Origin: Welwitschia mirabilis
Taxonomy: Eukaryota
Reading direction: 5' to 3'
Length of the DNA: 39,380 nucleotides
Assembly (NCBI GenBank): GCA_051453625.1
Contig: JBOZIK010000001.1
Span: 47,478,162 to 47,517,541 of the forward strand
Positions within the stretch are counted from its first letter, which is position 1. The number at the start of each line of letters is the position of its first letter. The translations under genes and the position numbers were made by a program. This document shows, one piece after another, positions 38,413-39,380 of this stretch. The notes below the pieces were generated by a model. It searched no databases and was not told the DNA's origin. It saw only the letters and a program-made list of their open reading frames with translations.

Positions 38413-39380
38413 TGATAACCTATTATTATTGATTAATTTAATGAGTTTTTATAGTTAGTCAATTGTGCAGAGATTTTCGAGCACCGGGTGACCGACTCTT
38501 AAGACTGGGTAACTGACCTATTAAAGAACTGTGATACTGCTTCAGAATCAGGCGATCATACATAAAACATTAGATGACTGAACTGATGTAGATTAAGAAA
38601 ATAACCGATTGCAGAACGGGCAACCAAGTGCATCATATCAGGTGACCGATATAATACATCAGAAAGAAGACTAGTTTAATAACGAGTGACCAAAAAATCA
38701 TATTCGAGTGACCAAGTTTGAGCCTTTGTATAAGAACTAGGAAAAACATGGATGACCATTAAATGAACACGGGCGACCACATTGCAATTTGTGAAATTTA
38801 GTCTAATGACAGAATGGGCAACTGACTAATTTCAGATGGGCGACTGCATGGCAATTAGTAAAGCAGTCTGCTGAATGCAAGGGCAACTGAAGGATGTAAT
38901 TGCATTTTGCCTAGAATCTACCCTCACAAGGTCGACTAAGTAATAAATATCAAGGCGATAGAGTAAAGGTCAACTACATATAAACATAAAGGGGATCGAA
39001 GATGCATCTATTCTATACTGAGAAATCTGCGATAAACAAGGGTAACCAAGGATTAGGAATAAGGACGACCACAGGTTCAAGTGACTAAGTACAATATCAA
39101 GGTCAACTGTATGAAGTAAAAATGTAATCGTTATGTTTTTAACAGTTTATTAAAAAGGGTGCAATGGTTTATCAAAAGCGCAAGGGTTCATTTCATCCTC
39201 ATCAAACAGTTACCTTGTGCATCTTTAGTATTTAAGCTCTCTTCTAATCAAAAGAAATGCATGATTTTCTTATAAGATCAGAGATTGAAAAAGAAGAACT
39301 GTAATACTCTTTTAGCATTATATCTGAGCTAATGTCAAGTTCAAATTTCTGATTGAATCTATCATTGCACCTAATTAGAA
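38413..39380 (+). mobile_element. Probable LTR of a further element inserted into the copia pol; runs off the window
   Basis: Coding similarity stops abruptly; 'tgataacc' TG start at 38413; shift to CpG-containing sequence with a motif array. No partner LTR or TSD visible. Confidence 0.55.
38486..39110 (+). repeat. Degenerate phased array of a GGGYRACCR motif (22-bp and 66-bp periodicity)
   Basis: Motif starts at 38486/38507, 38550/38572, 38618/38640, 38684/38706, 38750/38771, 38816/38838 and 38881, with looser copies to ~39110. Confidence 0.85.

Noticed and set aside
38486..38890. CRISPR-like repeat-spacer pattern
   Set aside because: The repeat is only ~9 bp and degenerate, there are no cas genes, and the context is a eukaryotic retroelement.

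Overview
An AT-rich, strongly CpG-depleted plant intergenic region with no intact host gene, RNA gene or CRISPR array. Almost all of it is decayed, nested LTR retrotransposons, reconstructed by eye from LTR termini, PBS/PPT motifs and 5-bp target-site duplications (TSDs). Block 1 (1-~16290): a CRM-like Ty3/gypsy chromovirus relic whose gag abuts a 'family X' LTR (1-676) and is split by a full-length Athila-like element (1300-12376). Block 2 (17714-39380): a SIRE-like Ty1/copia element. Its 5' LTR contains a non-autonomous element Y (18177-34837, perfect GTTAG TSD). Y's 5' LTR contains a related minus-strand element X (18428-26348), whose 3' LTR contains a fold-back LTR fragment (18439-19367). 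Y also holds an X-family solo LTR (31203-32560). The copia pol is cut near 38413 by another probable LTR carrying a phased 22/66-bp motif array. The best candidates for novelty are the pol-less X/Y family with a shared orphan ORF relic, the phased array and the fold-back unit. No new biological system is demonstrated. Alignments were done by eye and domain boundaries are approximate.
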